A stretch of 64,000 nucleotides of DNA from an uncultured Acidobacteriota bacterium (lineage in GTDB: Bacteria; Acidobacteriota; Thermoanaerobaculia; Multivoradales; UBA5704): positions 1,568,001 to 1,632,000 of the forward strand of contig CAVYRF010000002.1 in NCBI GenBank assembly GCA_963770895.1, given 5' to 3'. Shown here in pieces: positions 9,086 to 19,011 of the stretch. Every line of letters begins with the position of its first letter. Position 1 is the first letter of the stretch. Below the pieces are notes generated by a model. It was not told the DNA's origin. It did no database searches and saw only the letters and a list, made by a program, of their open reading frames with translations. A program made the position numbers and the translations under genes.

Positions 9086-10066
9086 CTACGGACAGGCGAA
9101 CGCGGCGGTGTCGGCGGTGGTGACGGTCAGATTGTTCAGGACGTTGTTGTAGTACTTGGTGGTGCCTGTCTGGGTGTCGGTGATGTTCACCTCCCAGCCC
9201 TGGTTGGTCAGGCCGCCGATGAAGACCCAGAAGGAATTGTTGACCCCGCAGGCGTTCAGCACCTTGACCGCCATCTCGAAGTTGGTCGGGTCGGTGAAGT
9301 AATAGAACACCGACTCGTCGCTCTCCGCCCGAGTGCCGCCGAACGACAGCACCTGCCCCTGGGCCTTGCCGCCGATGCCGTTGTAGTAGGTGGTCGTCAC
9401 CAGGAAGCGGTTGCTCAGCAGACACCCGTCGATCGCATTCTGGGTGCAGCTGGTGGTCTGCGCGCAGGTGGCGTTCTTGCCGAAGGCATACAGGTCGTAA
9501 CCGCTCGGGGTGGCAACGCCGCCCTTGCTGAGGATGAACAGGTCGACGGTCTGGAGCGACGAATTGAGCAGCGCCAGGGTCAGGTAGTAGCAGCCGGCCG
9601 GCGGCGGCGTGTACGTCAGACCCGCTCGCGCGATGTTGGTGATCTGCTTGCCGGGTCCCAGGTTGCCCAGGTCGATGCCGCCCAGGTCGGAAAAGTCGAG
9701 CACCGGGCTGTAGGTGGGCACGCCTTGCGATGCGGGAGTCGCCCACAGATGCAGGCCCAGGCCCTGCGTCTTGCTGCTGTTGTTGATGATTGCCGCGACG
9801 TCGATCGTCAGGCCGGCGGAGGTGCTGAACGCGACGTTGATGGGCCCTTCGATGATGAAGCCCGTCGCCGCATCCTTGGGTGTGACGACCGCTCCGGCCG
9901 ACTCGGCACGGGCGGCGCCCGCACCGGACAGGACCAGCGCCAGGAGCAGGCACCCGGCGCCGCGGAAACGGAAGCTGTACGGCACCCGGCTATATATGGC
10001 TTGCGCGCGGCTCGCTGCGCTGTGGCGGTGCATCATTGCCTGCAACCTGTTCAACCTGATTGACAT
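9086..10066 (-). CDS. Secreted hypothetical protein with a Cys-bracketed C-terminal domain
   Basis: ATG at 10066 after AAGGGAGG; signal-like segment LLLALVLSGAGAARA; C-terminal CLLSNRF...YYFTDPTNFEMAVKVLNAC..N..FWVFIGGLTN...DTQTG..KYYNN...DTAAFACP. Confidence 0.7.
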   Translation of the reverse strand: MSIRLNRLQAMMHRHSAASRAQAIYSRVPYSFRFRGAGCLLLALVLSGAGAARAESAGAVVTPKDAATGFIIEGPINVAFSTSAGLTIDVAAIINNSSKTQGLGLHLWATPASQGVPTYSPVLDFSDLGGIDLGNLGPGKQITNIARAGLTYTPPPAGCYYLTLALLNSSLQTVDLFILSKGGVATPSGYDLYAFGKNATCAQTTSCTQNAIDGCLLSNRFLVTTTYYNGIGGKAQGQVLSFGGTRAESDESVFYYFTDPTNFEMAVKVLNACGVNNSFWVFIGGLTNQGWEVNITDTQTGTTKYYNNVLNNLTVTTADTAAFACP

Positions 10067-10160
10067 TGGCGCCTCCCTTTGAACGCGCTCGACGGCGGAT
10101 GCCGATAGCTTCGCCGCTGCGGACAGGAATCGCCATAGCATCGGGATGCGGTCCAGACAG

Positions 10161-10192
10161 GAAGAGCCCGGACCTTGCGATCCGGGCTCTTC
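10161..10192 (-). terminator. Hairpin / probable intrinsic terminator downstream of the S53 peptidase
   Basis: GAAGAGCCCGGA...TCCGGGCTCTTC 12-bp perfect stem, with a GCAA tetraloop on the minus strand. Confidence 0.6.
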
Positions 10193-10253
10193 GGTCCTGC
10201 CTTGGCGGTGCGCTCGAAGGTCGGGCGGACCACCGAGGTGAAGCGGGACGCTG

Positions 10254-11918
10254 CTACGGAGCGAAGGAGTTGATCAGGCCGGTGGTGTTCGGGCTGCCCC
10301 AACCGGTGACCAGGTCATAACCAGTCTCGCACGAATAGGTGCCGTTGCTGCCGCTGGTGATGTCGTGGAAGTTGGTGGCGTGGCTCGAGCCCAGACCGAT
10401 CGAGTAGAGGGTCGGGTTGATGAAGCCGGGGGTGGCCAGACCGTTGGCAACAGCCTGCTGGTTGACCAGGGCCAGGTAGCCGGCCCAGCGGGGAGCCGCG
10501 AAGCTGGTGCCGCCCCAACCGCCGGCGCAGGTGCCGTCGTAGCAGATGTAGTTGTCGGTGTTGCCCTCAGCCGCGACGTCCGGGCTGTTGCGATAGGTCT
10601 TGGAGCCCTTGTTGGCGGTGGTGATGACGCCCGAGGTCTGCTGCCAGGTCGGGATCGCGATCTTGTTGGGGGAGATGCCGCCGCCGCTGTCAGACCACGC
10701 GGTTTCCGACTTCCACGAGCCGCCGGCGCCGTTGGTGGTCAGGTCCGTGCCGCCGACCGAGGTGATGTAGGCGTCGTCAGCCGGGTACACGTCGCTGGAC
10801 CGCGTCCTGTAGGCGCCGCTGTCGCCCGAGGCCACGAACAGGTTCTGGCCCTGCGCCGAGAACTCCTTGAAGTACGGGTCGTCGCTGCTGGGATCGGCCG
10901 GGCTCCAGCCCCACGAGCAGCTGAGCGACTTGGCATCGTTGTCCGAAGCCATGCGGGCGAAGATGCTGGTGTCGCTGGTGTCCGACACGTAGACGCGGAC
11001 CTGGCTCATGCCGGGCGCCATCGAGATGGCGACTTCGATGTCCAGCACCTGCTCGGTGTCGTCGCAGCTGCCGGTGCAGCTGAGGCTGGAGCCGTCGGTC
11101 GACACGCCGACGACGGAGACGCTGAGCGTCTGACCGACCTGCGAGAAGTACTTGGTGACGTCGGCTTCGTTGTAGCCGGCGAACTCAAGCAGGCCGACCG
11201 ACTGGCCGGAGCCGGTCAGGGCGGTGCCGCCGTAGTAGGCATGGCGGAAGTCGCTGCCGATGAAGTAGCCGCTGGGACCCGAGCCCGTGGTGTGGCTCTG
11301 GGTGCCGCCGGCCTGCGCGCCTTCGGCGTGCAGCAGGCTGGCCGGATGCGGGATCGAGTAGTTGTCGAGGCCGCTGACGTGCCACAGCGGGAACGACAGG
11401 TTGGCCGACGGCTCGCGGTCGGGGGCGAAGAACGTACGGTTCTCGGTCGGGTGCTGGTACTGGCCCATGGTCACGTTGAACGCCTTCTCGATGTTCTCGA
11501 CCGTGCCGGTGACGTTGACGACCAGCCGGTTGGCGAAGGTTTCGGTGACCTTGAGACCGTTGGCCTGCGCGTAGCTGATGACGGCGTTGTAGTCTTCCCG
11601 GCTGGCGCCGAACCGCTCGGTGAACTGCTCCACGCTCAGCCACTGGCGATAGTCGGCGCTCTTGGGATCGTAGAGCCGCTGCAGCAGCGCATCGAGCTCC
11701 GCCTCGTTGCGCAGGGGCAGGGCGATGTTCAGCTTCAGGGTCTGGGACGCCGGCAGGTGGCCGAGATAGGTCGCCTGGCCGTTGTTGACAGCTTCACGCG
11801 TGTGCCGGGTCGCCATCGACGTTCCCTGGCCAAATGCCGGGATCGCCGCCAGGCTGAGGGCAAGCGTGGCTGCACAAAGGATCCTACGGGTACTGCGTGC
11901 TGCGGGAACTGATTTCAT
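10254..11918 (-). CDS. S53 family (sedolisin/kumamolisin) serine-carboxyl peptidase with prodomain
   Basis: Signal peptide, Pro-kuma activation domain (LYDP.S.DY.QWLS.EQF..RFG), catalytic ExxxD (EQVLD), SGDSG oxyanion Asp, GGTS Ser, C-terminal GYDLVTGWGSP. Confidence 0.95.
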   Translation of the reverse strand: MKSVPAARSTRRILCAATLALSLAAIPAFGQGTSMATRHTREAVNNGQATYLGHLPASQTLKLNIALPLRNEAELDALLQRLYDPKSADYRQWLSVEQFTERFGASREDYNAVISYAQANGLKVTETFANRLVVNVTGTVENIEKAFNVTMGQYQHPTENRTFFAPDREPSANLSFPLWHVSGLDNYSIPHPASLLHAEGAQAGGTQSHTTGSGPSGYFIGSDFRHAYYGGTALTGSGQSVGLLEFAGYNEADVTKYFSQVGQTLSVSVVGVSTDGSSLSCTGSCDDTEQVLDIEVAISMAPGMSQVRVYVSDTSDTSIFARMASDNDAKSLSCSWGWSPADPSSDDPYFKEFSAQGQNLFVASGDSGAYRTRSSDVYPADDAYITSVGGTDLTTNGAGGSWKSETAWSDSGGGISPNKIAIPTWQQTSGVITTANKGSKTYRNSPDVAAEGNTDNYICYDGTCAGGWGGTSFAAPRWAGYLALVNQQAVANGLATPGFINPTLYSIGLGSSHATNFHDITSGSNGTYSCETGYDLVTGWGSPNTTGLINSFAP

Positions 11919-12231
11919 CGCCGCATCCTTTCGTGGAGAGTGGTCGAGAAACCACCGGTTGAATTGTGACCGCTCTTATACACAACCCAGAAACAGTTGT
12001 CAACAGCTCACTAAACTCCCCCCAGGTATGATTTTATGGCTAACTAGCGATGCGCGATCGCTGAAAGGGGTGGGGGGGTAGCGCCGCCGCTACGGCCGAG
12101 GGTGCCGGCCAGCCCTGCTGTCGCAGCTGTTGCGGCGCGCCCCCCGAAGGTGACATCCTCTTCGTGTCCCGGTACTTTCTTTTCGGCTGGAGGCCCTGCC
12201 GGCCATCTGGCGTGAACTGGAGAGGTAGCGC

Positions 12232-14148
12232 GTGGGTCTGAAGCTCGTCGCCGTGAACGGCAGCCAGGCGGTCGCGATGCCGGCCGGACGCACGCTGGAA
12301 GTCGGGCGGTCGCCAGGCTGCGACATGCCGATCCGGGATCTCACCGTGTCGCGCCACCACGGCGAGATCGAGGCCACCCCTGCCGGCCTGCGCATCCGCG
12401 ACCTGGGCTCGACCAACGGCACCTTCATCAACGGTGCGCGCATCGGCGAAGGCCTGGCGGCTCCCGGGGCGCGGGTAACCTTCGGCAAGGTCGCGTTCCA
12501 GGTGGTGGAGGAGCGCGGCGACGACGAGACCGTGGGCGGCGCCGCGGCCAGGCCCGACGGCGAAGGCCTGGTCATCCTGGGCCAGGCGCGCGCCCAGAGC
12601 TACACCGACATTGCCACCCTGCTGGCGCCCGACTCCGGCTCGCAGGCGACAGCGGCGGGCGGCCTGCGCCTGCGCGGCCGCGGCGCCGGCCCGGTGGAGC
12701 GGCGGGCGGCCTCCCTGGCCTTGCTGCTCGAAGTTTCCAAGGAGCTGTCCCAACAGGGCGAGCCGGCGCGGCTGCTCGAAAAAACGGCGCGCCTGATCAT
12801 GCAGGTCATGGCCGTCGATCGGGTGGACGTCCTGATGCGCGGCGACGACGATGAGATGGTGCCGCGGGTCAGCAAGGTGCGGGCCGGCGCCGCCAGCGCC
12901 GGCGGGCAGATCGCGCGCGCCGCGGTGCAAAAGGCGGTCGAGGAACGCGTCGCCCTCTTATTGGTGGAAAGCACCCCCGAAATGGGCACCGACGCCATCT
13001 CCCCCGCCGGCTCTCCGGCAACCCAGGCAGCGCCGGGCGCCGCCGCGGGCGGCGCGGCCGGGGCGGCCGGGACCGCCGCCGGCGACCCAGGCGCCGCCGG
13101 AGCCCCCCTGGCAACCGCCGGCGCCGCGGCCGGGCTTGCCGTGGCGGCGCCGCCAGCCGACGATCGCGCCTCGACCGACCGCGTCGCCGAAGCGCGGGAG
13201 CGCCACGCCGAAGGCGCCGCCGACGCCGCGGGCGCGCCGCCAAACCGGCAGGCCCCTCTCGACGCCGCCGGCGCCGCCGGCGGCACCGGCGCCAACGGCT
13301 TGCTCGGAGACGTCATCTGCGCGCCGCTTCTGGGCATGCAGGCGACGGTGCTGGGCATGCTGTGCGCCAGCACGCCGGCGGCGCGCACCCTGGGGCGCGA
13401 GGACCTGGACTTCCTGACCGGTCTGGCCGGCATCGTCGCGGTCACCCTGGAAAACCTCGTGCTGGCCGAGCGGGCGCGCGGCGAAGCGGTGGCGCAGGCC
13501 GGCCACCAGCGGCACTTCGCCCCCTTTGTCGCCGAGCAGATCGCCGGCCACGACGGCGCCGTCGACCTGGGTGCCTCCCGGCGGCGCGCGGTGATCCTCG
13601 ACTGCGAGATCCGCGACTTTGCGGCGCTCACCGCGGCGCTTCCACCGGCGGAGGTGGCACACCTGCTGGACGAATTCTTCAGCGAGATGATCGACGTGGT
13701 GTTCGAGCACGGCGGCACCCTCGACAAGACGACCGGCGCCGGCCTGGTCGCGCTCTGGGGCGTGCCGCTCAGCCACCATGACGACGCCGACCTGGCGGTG
13801 CAGGCCGCGGTCGAGATGCAGCGCGGCGTCGAGCGTCTGAACGTCGAATGGAGCCGCCAGGGACGCCCTCACCTGGCGATGGCCGCCGGCATGGACCTGG
13901 GGGAGGTCTTCGCCGGCCAGGTCGGCAGCGATCGCCGGCGCGACTTCACCGCCATCGGCCAACCGGTCGAGCGCGCGGCGCAGCTCCGCGCCGCCGCCAC
14001 CGCGGGAGACATCCTGGCCAGCGAGGCGCTGCTCGAAGCGCTGTCCAGCCCGCCGCCGGTCGAAGCGATGCCCGCAAGCCCGGCGTGCAGGATCGATTGG
14101 CGCACGCCGCCGACCCTGCGCCAGTCCGACAATGTGGCCGGCGCCTAG
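12232..14148 (+). CDS. FHA + GAF + class III adenylate/guanylate cyclase-like protein (degenerate active site)
   Basis: FHA motifs GRS, VSRHH, DLGSTNGTF; GAF region ICAPL...LDFL; cyclase fold VFEHGGTLDK..ALWGVP..DA..AV.AA.EMQ...GEVFAG.VGS..RRDFTAIG. Confidence 0.85.
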   Translation: MGLKLVAVNGSQAVAMPAGRTLEVGRSPGCDMPIRDLTVSRHHGEIEATPAGLRIRDLGSTNGTFINGARIGEGLAAPGARVTFGKVAFQVVEERGDDETVGGAAARPDGEGLVILGQARAQSYTDIATLLAPDSGSQATAAGGLRLRGRGAGPVERRAASLALLLEVSKELSQQGEPARLLEKTARLIMQVMAVDRVDVLMRGDDDEMVPRVSKVRAGAASAGGQIARAAVQKAVEERVALLLVESTPEMGTDAISPAGSPATQAAPGAAAGGAAGAAGTAAGDPGAAGAPLATAGAAAGLAVAAPPADDRASTDRVAEARERHAEGAADAAGAPPNRQAPLDAAGAAGGTGANGLLGDVICAPLLGMQATVLGMLCASTPAARTLGREDLDFLTGLAGIVAVTLENLVLAERARGEAVAQAGHQRHFAPFVAEQIAGHDGAVDLGASRRRAVILDCEIRDFAALTAALPPAEVAHLLDEFFSEMIDVVFEHGGTLDKTTGAGLVALWGVPLSHHDDADLAVQAAVEMQRGVERLNVEWSRQGRPHLAMAAGMDLGEVFAGQVGSDRRRDFTAIGQPVERAAQLRAAATAGDILASEALLEALSSPPPVEAMPASPACRIDWRTPPTLRQSDNVAGA

Positions 14149-14195
14149 TCCGGCGAGGTCTGCGCGCGATTGCCACGCAGGCGCCGGGCTCGCCG

Positions 14196-14600
14196 TCAGT
14201 CGGCGATCTGCTTGAAGACGACCCTCACCCCGTCGGGGTCGTGGGTGTCGAACAGCAGGCTGCCGTCGCCATCCCGGCGCAGGCCGCCGGGGATGTTGCG
14301 GTCGCGCCCGATCAGCTCCTGGTAGGCCTTTTCGGCGGACGGCACCATCATGACCAGAACCAGCTTGTGGTGCGGCCCCTGGTAGTCGAAGCTCTCGTCG
14401 CGCTCGCGGTCCTCTGCCGCGGCGCCGGCCGCCCGCCCGAGCACTTCCAGCACCGCCGATCCCGCCTGGTACAGCGCCCCCCTGCCGTCGTCGCGGTCCC
14501 AGCTTTGCAGCCGCGGCAGGGACAACGTATCGCCGTAGAACCGGCAAGTGCGCTCGAAGTTCCTGGCGCGGATCACCGCCCGAAACTGCCGAATCTCCAT
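14196..14600 (-). CDS. VOC (glyoxalase/bleomycin resistance) family protein
   Basis: F..T.RFYGDTL.L start and DPDG motif near the C-terminus; SD GGAGGAAG. Confidence 0.8.
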   Translation of the reverse strand: MEIRQFRAVIRARNFERTCRFYGDTLSLPRLQSWDRDDGRGALYQAGSAVLEVLGRAAGAAAEDRERDESFDYQGPHHKLVLVMMVPSAEKAYQELIGRDRNIPGGLRRDGDGSLLFDTHDPDGVRVVFKQIAD

Positions 14601-14782
14601 TGGTCTTCCTCCCTGTCGGACGTCGTCTGTTGGGGCGCTGCGGCCGCGACGCCGCCGGCCCCCGCCACCGCGGCAAGCGGCCGTAGCATTACCACAGAAT
14701 CCTGCCCGGCTTCAAAGCCCCGCCGCCGCCCGGCCGCGGCGCGGCGGCCGGTGCGACGCCGGCTCGGTGGTATCCTTCCGGG

Positions 14783-16369
14783 GTGATCGAGCTTCGGCGC
14801 CTGTCCGTTCTGGCGACCTTCCTCCTGGCTCTTCCCTTCCTCGTGGCGGCGCAGATCGGGCGACCGGACGGCGCGCCGGCGGGGGCGTCGCGCGGGCCCA
14901 CGGTGGTGCTCGACGGCCGTGAGCTGGCGGTTGCGGTCACCATCACCCCCAGCGGCCCGCTGTTCGCCCTCAAGCCGCTGGTCGACAGCCTAGGCGGTAC
15001 GCTGAGCAGCGACGACACCGGCGAAAGCGTCAATCTCAAGATCGAAAACACCGAAGTGGTGACCGGCGTCGGTAACGCCATCATCACGGTGGGCGAAAGC
15101 ATCGTCACCCTGTCGCAGCCGCCGGTGCGCGGCGAAACCTCGCCGCTCGTGCCGCTCGACTTTCTGCGCAAGACCTGGGGCGCGGTGTCCGGCTTCACCT
15201 TCGACTGGCGGCCCGAGGACTCGCGGCTGCTGATCGCCCGCCGCGAGGCGCGCGAGATCAGGGTGCTGCTCGACGTCGTGCACCTCCAGGGAATGACGAC
15301 CGTGGTGCTGCAGTTCCCGGAAACTCCGCGCTACCACATCAACGAGCAGGCCGGAGCGGTGGACGTGCAGCTGCTGGCCGACCGCCTGGCGCCGCCGCCG
15401 CGCAAGCGCCTCGACGACGCGTTGGTGCAGGACGTGAGCTTCGCGCCGCAGCTGGTGCACATCCAGCTGGCGCCGGACGCCGTGGTCGAGAACTACCTGC
15501 TGGACAACCCCTTCCGCCTGGTGTTCGACGTGCACCGCAAGTCGGCCGCCCCGGTGCCGGTCGCTCCCGGCGCCGCCGCCTCCGACCTGCGCGCCGCCAG
15601 CACCCGCACCATCGTCATCGACCCCGGCCACGGCGGCACCGAAACCGGCGCCATCGGACCGGGCGGCGTGCAGGAAAAAGAGCTGACCCTGATCCTCGCC
15701 CGCGACCTGGAGGCCCGGCTCACCCAGCGGCTGCCGGTGCGCGTCGTGCTGACCCGCACCGACGACTCCAAGCTGCCGCTCGACAGCCGCACCGCCATCG
15801 CCAACCAGAACAAGGCCGACCTGTTCGTGTCGCTGCACCTCAACTCCTCGCTGGGCTCCGGCGCCCATGGGGCGGAGACCTACTTCCTCAGCTCCCAGGC
15901 GACCGACACGCGCGCCGAAACCGCCGCCGCCAGCGAGAACGTCGGCGCCGCCGGAGCCGCGGCGCCGCAGGCCGCCGACGACGGGCAGGAAACGCAGGAT
16001 CTGCAGATGATCCTGTGGGATCTCGCCCAGAGCCACCACCTTTCCGAAAGCCAGCGTTTTGCCGGGCTGGTGCAGGCCGAGCTCAACCAGGCGCTCGACC
16101 TCAAGGACCGCGGCGTCAAGCAGGCGCCCTTCCGGGTGCTGATGGGCGCGGCGATGCCGGCGGTGCTGGTGGAACTGGGCTTCATCAGCAATCCCGACGA
16201 AGAGGCCAAGCTGCAAAACCCCGCCTACCGCGCCGACCTGGTGGACGCGCTGGTGCGGGCGATCGGCCGCTACCTGGAGACGCCGCAGCCCGATACGCGC
16301 TCGGCGCCGCCGCTGCCGCCCCCGCAAGGGGCGGTGCGCTCCAACCCGAGCGCACCCACCCCGCCATGA
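14783..16369 (+). CDS. N-acetylmuramoyl-L-alanine amidase (Amidase_3, AmiC-like)
   Basis: IVIDPGHGG, EKELTL, LFVSLHLN, PAVLVELGFISN zinc-amidase motifs; AMIN-like NPFRLVFDV; signal peptide. Confidence 0.95.
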   Translation: MIELRRLSVLATFLLALPFLVAAQIGRPDGAPAGASRGPTVVLDGRELAVAVTITPSGPLFALKPLVDSLGGTLSSDDTGESVNLKIENTEVVTGVGNAIITVGESIVTLSQPPVRGETSPLVPLDFLRKTWGAVSGFTFDWRPEDSRLLIARREAREIRVLLDVVHLQGMTTVVLQFPETPRYHINEQAGAVDVQLLADRLAPPPRKRLDDALVQDVSFAPQLVHIQLAPDAVVENYLLDNPFRLVFDVHRKSAAPVPVAPGAAASDLRAASTRTIVIDPGHGGTETGAIGPGGVQEKELTLILARDLEARLTQRLPVRVVLTRTDDSKLPLDSRTAIANQNKADLFVSLHLNSSLGSGAHGAETYFLSSQATDTRAETAAASENVGAAGAAAPQAADDGQETQDLQMILWDLAQSHHLSESQRFAGLVQAELNQALDLKDRGVKQAPFRVLMGAAMPAVLVELGFISNPDEEAKLQNPAYRADLVDALVRAIGRYLETPQPDTRSAPPLPPPQGAVRSNPSAPTPP

Positions 16370-17097
16370 GCCGGCGAGCGGCAGGGTGGGTGCTGGGCAT
16401 TGCCTTGCTCCTGGTCGCCGGCAGCCTCGCCTGGTGGTGGCACGCCGGCCACTCCGGCGGCCGCCGCGGGCGGCACGGTGCGGCCGGGGCCGACGCCGAC
16501 AGCGGCGGCGCCAACCTGGAGCGCCGGGCGTTCGACCTCTACTTTCCCAGCGGTGCCGGCCTGCGCGCCGAGCGCCGCGAGCTGCAGGTTGCCGACTCGC
16601 CCCAGGACCGCATCCGCAAGATCCTGACGGCGCTGCTCGCCGGACCCACCACGGCGGCCCCCGCCCCCGCCGTCACCGCGCCGGCCAAATCGCCGGCGGC
16701 GCCGGGGGTCAACGCGCCGGCGCCGGCCGCTCCGGCAGCTGCCGCGCCCACGGCATCCACACCGGCGGCGGCGCCCGACGCGCGGGGTGGGACGGCCGCC
16801 ACCGCGTCCGACCTGGTGCGCCCGTTCCCACCCGAGGTGAAGCTGGGGGCCGTCGAGCTTTCAGCCGACGGCACCGCCTTTGTCGACCTGCGCTGGCAGG
16901 ATCACGAAGATCCGCCCGAATCCGGCTCGACGGAGGAGCTCCAGCGCGTGTACAGCCTGGTGAACTCCCTGGCGCTCAACGTGCCGCAGGTCGTCCGCGT
17001 GGTGCTGCTGTGGAACGGCACCCAGCGCGTCACCTTCTCCGGCCACCTGGACACCAGCCGCCCGCTGGTCGCGGACCGCACCCTGCTGGCGCCCTGA
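16366..17097 (+). CDS. GerMN domain-containing membrane-anchored protein
   Basis: ATGA overlap with the amidase; N-terminal TM, LYF...L..E.R, ALLAGP, GS..E...VYSLVNSL, TFSGHLD; typical amidase-GerMN-murI context. Confidence 0.85.
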   Translation: MSRRAAGWVLGIALLLVAGSLAWWWHAGHSGGRRGRHGAAGADADSGGANLERRAFDLYFPSGAGLRAERRELQVADSPQDRIRKILTALLAGPTTAAPAPAVTAPAKSPAAPGVNAPAPAAPAAAAPTASTPAAAPDARGGTAATASDLVRPFPPEVKLGAVELSADGTAFVDLRWQDHEDPPESGSTEELQRVYSLVNSLALNVPQVVRVVLLWNGTQRVTFSGHLDTSRPLVADRTLLAP

Positions 17098-17145
17098 GGC
17101 GCCCACACTCCGGCCAGGCCGCCACCCGGTTTCCCGAAGCTCACC

Positions 17146-17931
17146 ATGGACGCGATCGGCGTATTCGATTCGGGCGTGGGCGGCCTGACCGTGGTGGCGG
17201 CCCTGCGCCGCCGCCTGCCGCGGGAGTCCATCCTCTACCTGGGCGACACGGCGCGCCTGCCGTACGGCTCCAAGTCGCAGGCGACGGTGACCCGCTACAC
17301 CGAAAAGAACGTCGGCTTCCTGGTCGAGCGCAAGGTCAAGGCGGTGGTCGTGGCGTGCAACACGGCTTCGGCCCTGGCGCTGCCGGCGCTCACCCTGGAC
17401 GTGCCGACCTGGGGAGTGGTGGAGCCCGGCGCCGAGCGTGCGGCGGCCCTCAGCCGGGGCCGCGTCGGCATCGTCGCCACCGCCGCGACGGTGCGCTCCG
17501 ACGCCTATGCGCAGGCGCTGCGGCGGCGCCGGCCGGACCTGGCGATCACCAGCCGCGCCTGTCCGCTGTTCGTGCCGCTGGTCGAAGAAGGCTGGCACGA
17601 CGACCCGCTCACCGAGCAGGTCGCCAACCGCTACCTGCAGCCGCTGCTGGCCACCGGCATCGATACCCTGGTCCTGGGCTGCACCCACTATCCGCTCCTG
17701 ACGCCCGTGCTGCGCCGGGTCGCCGGTCCCGACGTCACCCTGGTCGATTCCGCCGAAGCCGTCGCCGAAGCCGTCGCCAGCGGCCTTGCGGCGACCGGAC
17801 TGGCCGCCGCCGCCGACCACCAACCCACCCTGCGCCTGTGCGTCACCGACGCCAGCGAAGGTTTTCAGGAGCTGGCGCGCCGCATCCTTGCCGCCCCCGG
17901 CCTGGTCCTGGAGTGGGTGGAGGTTACTTAG
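17146..17931 (+). CDS. murI: Glutamate racemase
   Basis: IGVFDSGVGGLTV, DTARLPYG, VACNTAS, LGCTHYP. Confidence 0.97.
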   Translation: MDAIGVFDSGVGGLTVVAALRRRLPRESILYLGDTARLPYGSKSQATVTRYTEKNVGFLVERKVKAVVVACNTASALALPALTLDVPTWGVVEPGAERAAALSRGRVGIVATAATVRSDAYAQALRRRRPDLAITSRACPLFVPLVEEGWHDDPLTEQVANRYLQPLLATGIDTLVLGCTHYPLLTPVLRRVAGPDVTLVDSAEAVAEAVASGLAATGLAAAADHQPTLRLCVTDASEGFQELARRILAAPGLVLEWVEVT

Positions 17932-18955
17932 TGTCGCTAGTGTCGCCAGTAGTCCGCTGGCCCAGGTTCGCCAAGTCGCGCACGGCAGGCAGCAGGCCGA
18001 AGCCGTCCGCTTCGCGCACCGCGACCAGGATGGCTTCGGCGATCGCCAACTCGGCGAGCACGCCGATCTGATGGACATGCGCGGGGCGCTCGCCGGTGGC
18101 CAGGGTGACGACCAGGTCGCCGTCGTACAGCGTCAGCGCCGGCGCCAGCGCCCGATAGAGGCCGCCGAAGCCCATCTGGCACACCTTGAGCGCCGCCCGC
18201 TTGCTGAGCGCCGCGTCGGTCAGCACCACCGCCAGGGTGGTGTTGCCCTCCCACGGCCCCTGCGCGCCGGGGGGCAGCGCCGCCAGCACTCGCTGGGCGC
18301 CCACCAACCGCGGCGAATCCGCGCCGGCGCGGCTACCCGCCACGACGTCGCCCGTCGCCGGATCGCGCACGTCGCCAAACGCATTGACCGCCACCAGCGC
18401 CGCCACCGTGGGGCCACCGGGACAGGTGAGGCTGGCAAAGCCGATGCCGCCCTTCATCCCGCACTCCCGGCCCAGCGCCTTGCCGACCGTCGCCCCCGTC
18501 CCCGCCCCGACGCTGCCCACCGCCACCGGCCCCGCCGCAGCCGAGCGCAGCGCCGCTTCCGCCAGCGTCCTGCCGGGCCGCGCCCGCGGATCGCCAAAGC
18601 CCAGGTCGAACAGGATCGCCGTCGGCACCAGCGGCACCCTCGCCACTCCGGCGTCGAAGCCGTGCCCCGACCGCTCCAGGCTCTCCACCACCGCATCCGC
18701 CGCCGCCAGCCCAAACCCGCTGCCGCCAGCCAGGACCAGCGCATGGGCGCGCGTCGCCAGGTGATGCTGGCCCACCAGCGAATCGAACTGTCGCGTCCCC
18801 GTCGCCGACCCCCGCAGCTCCGCCGCCGCCACCGCCCCCTCCGGGCAGAGCACCACCGACACCCCCGTCATCCCCACGCGATCCGATCCGTGGCCGATGG
18901 TGAAGCCGCGAATCGACAGCTCACGAGACGCGCTGGGCAGAGCTGGAAATTCCAT
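17924..18955 (-). CDS. P1/S58 (DmpA-like) peptidase
   Basis: TGVSVVL, GGSGFGL, VPLVPTAILFDL, GSVGAGTGA, VNAFGDV, autoproteolysis site GNTT, DGD. Confidence 0.9.
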   Translation of the reverse strand: MEFPALPSASRELSIRGFTIGHGSDRVGMTGVSVVLCPEGAVAAAELRGSATGTRQFDSLVGQHHLATRAHALVLAGGSGFGLAAADAVVESLERSGHGFDAGVARVPLVPTAILFDLGFGDPRARPGRTLAEAALRSAAAGPVAVGSVGAGTGATVGKALGRECGMKGGIGFASLTCPGGPTVAALVAVNAFGDVRDPATGDVVAGSRAGADSPRLVGAQRVLAALPPGAQGPWEGNTTLAVVLTDAALSKRAALKVCQMGFGGLYRALAPALTLYDGDLVVTLATGERPAHVHQIGVLAELAIAEAILVAVREADGFGLLPAVRDLANLGQRTTGDTSDTK

Positions 18956-19011
18956 GCGCCTATGGTACCCCGCCGCATCGGCGGTTGCGGGCCGGCGGCA
19001 GGAGACCGCCG

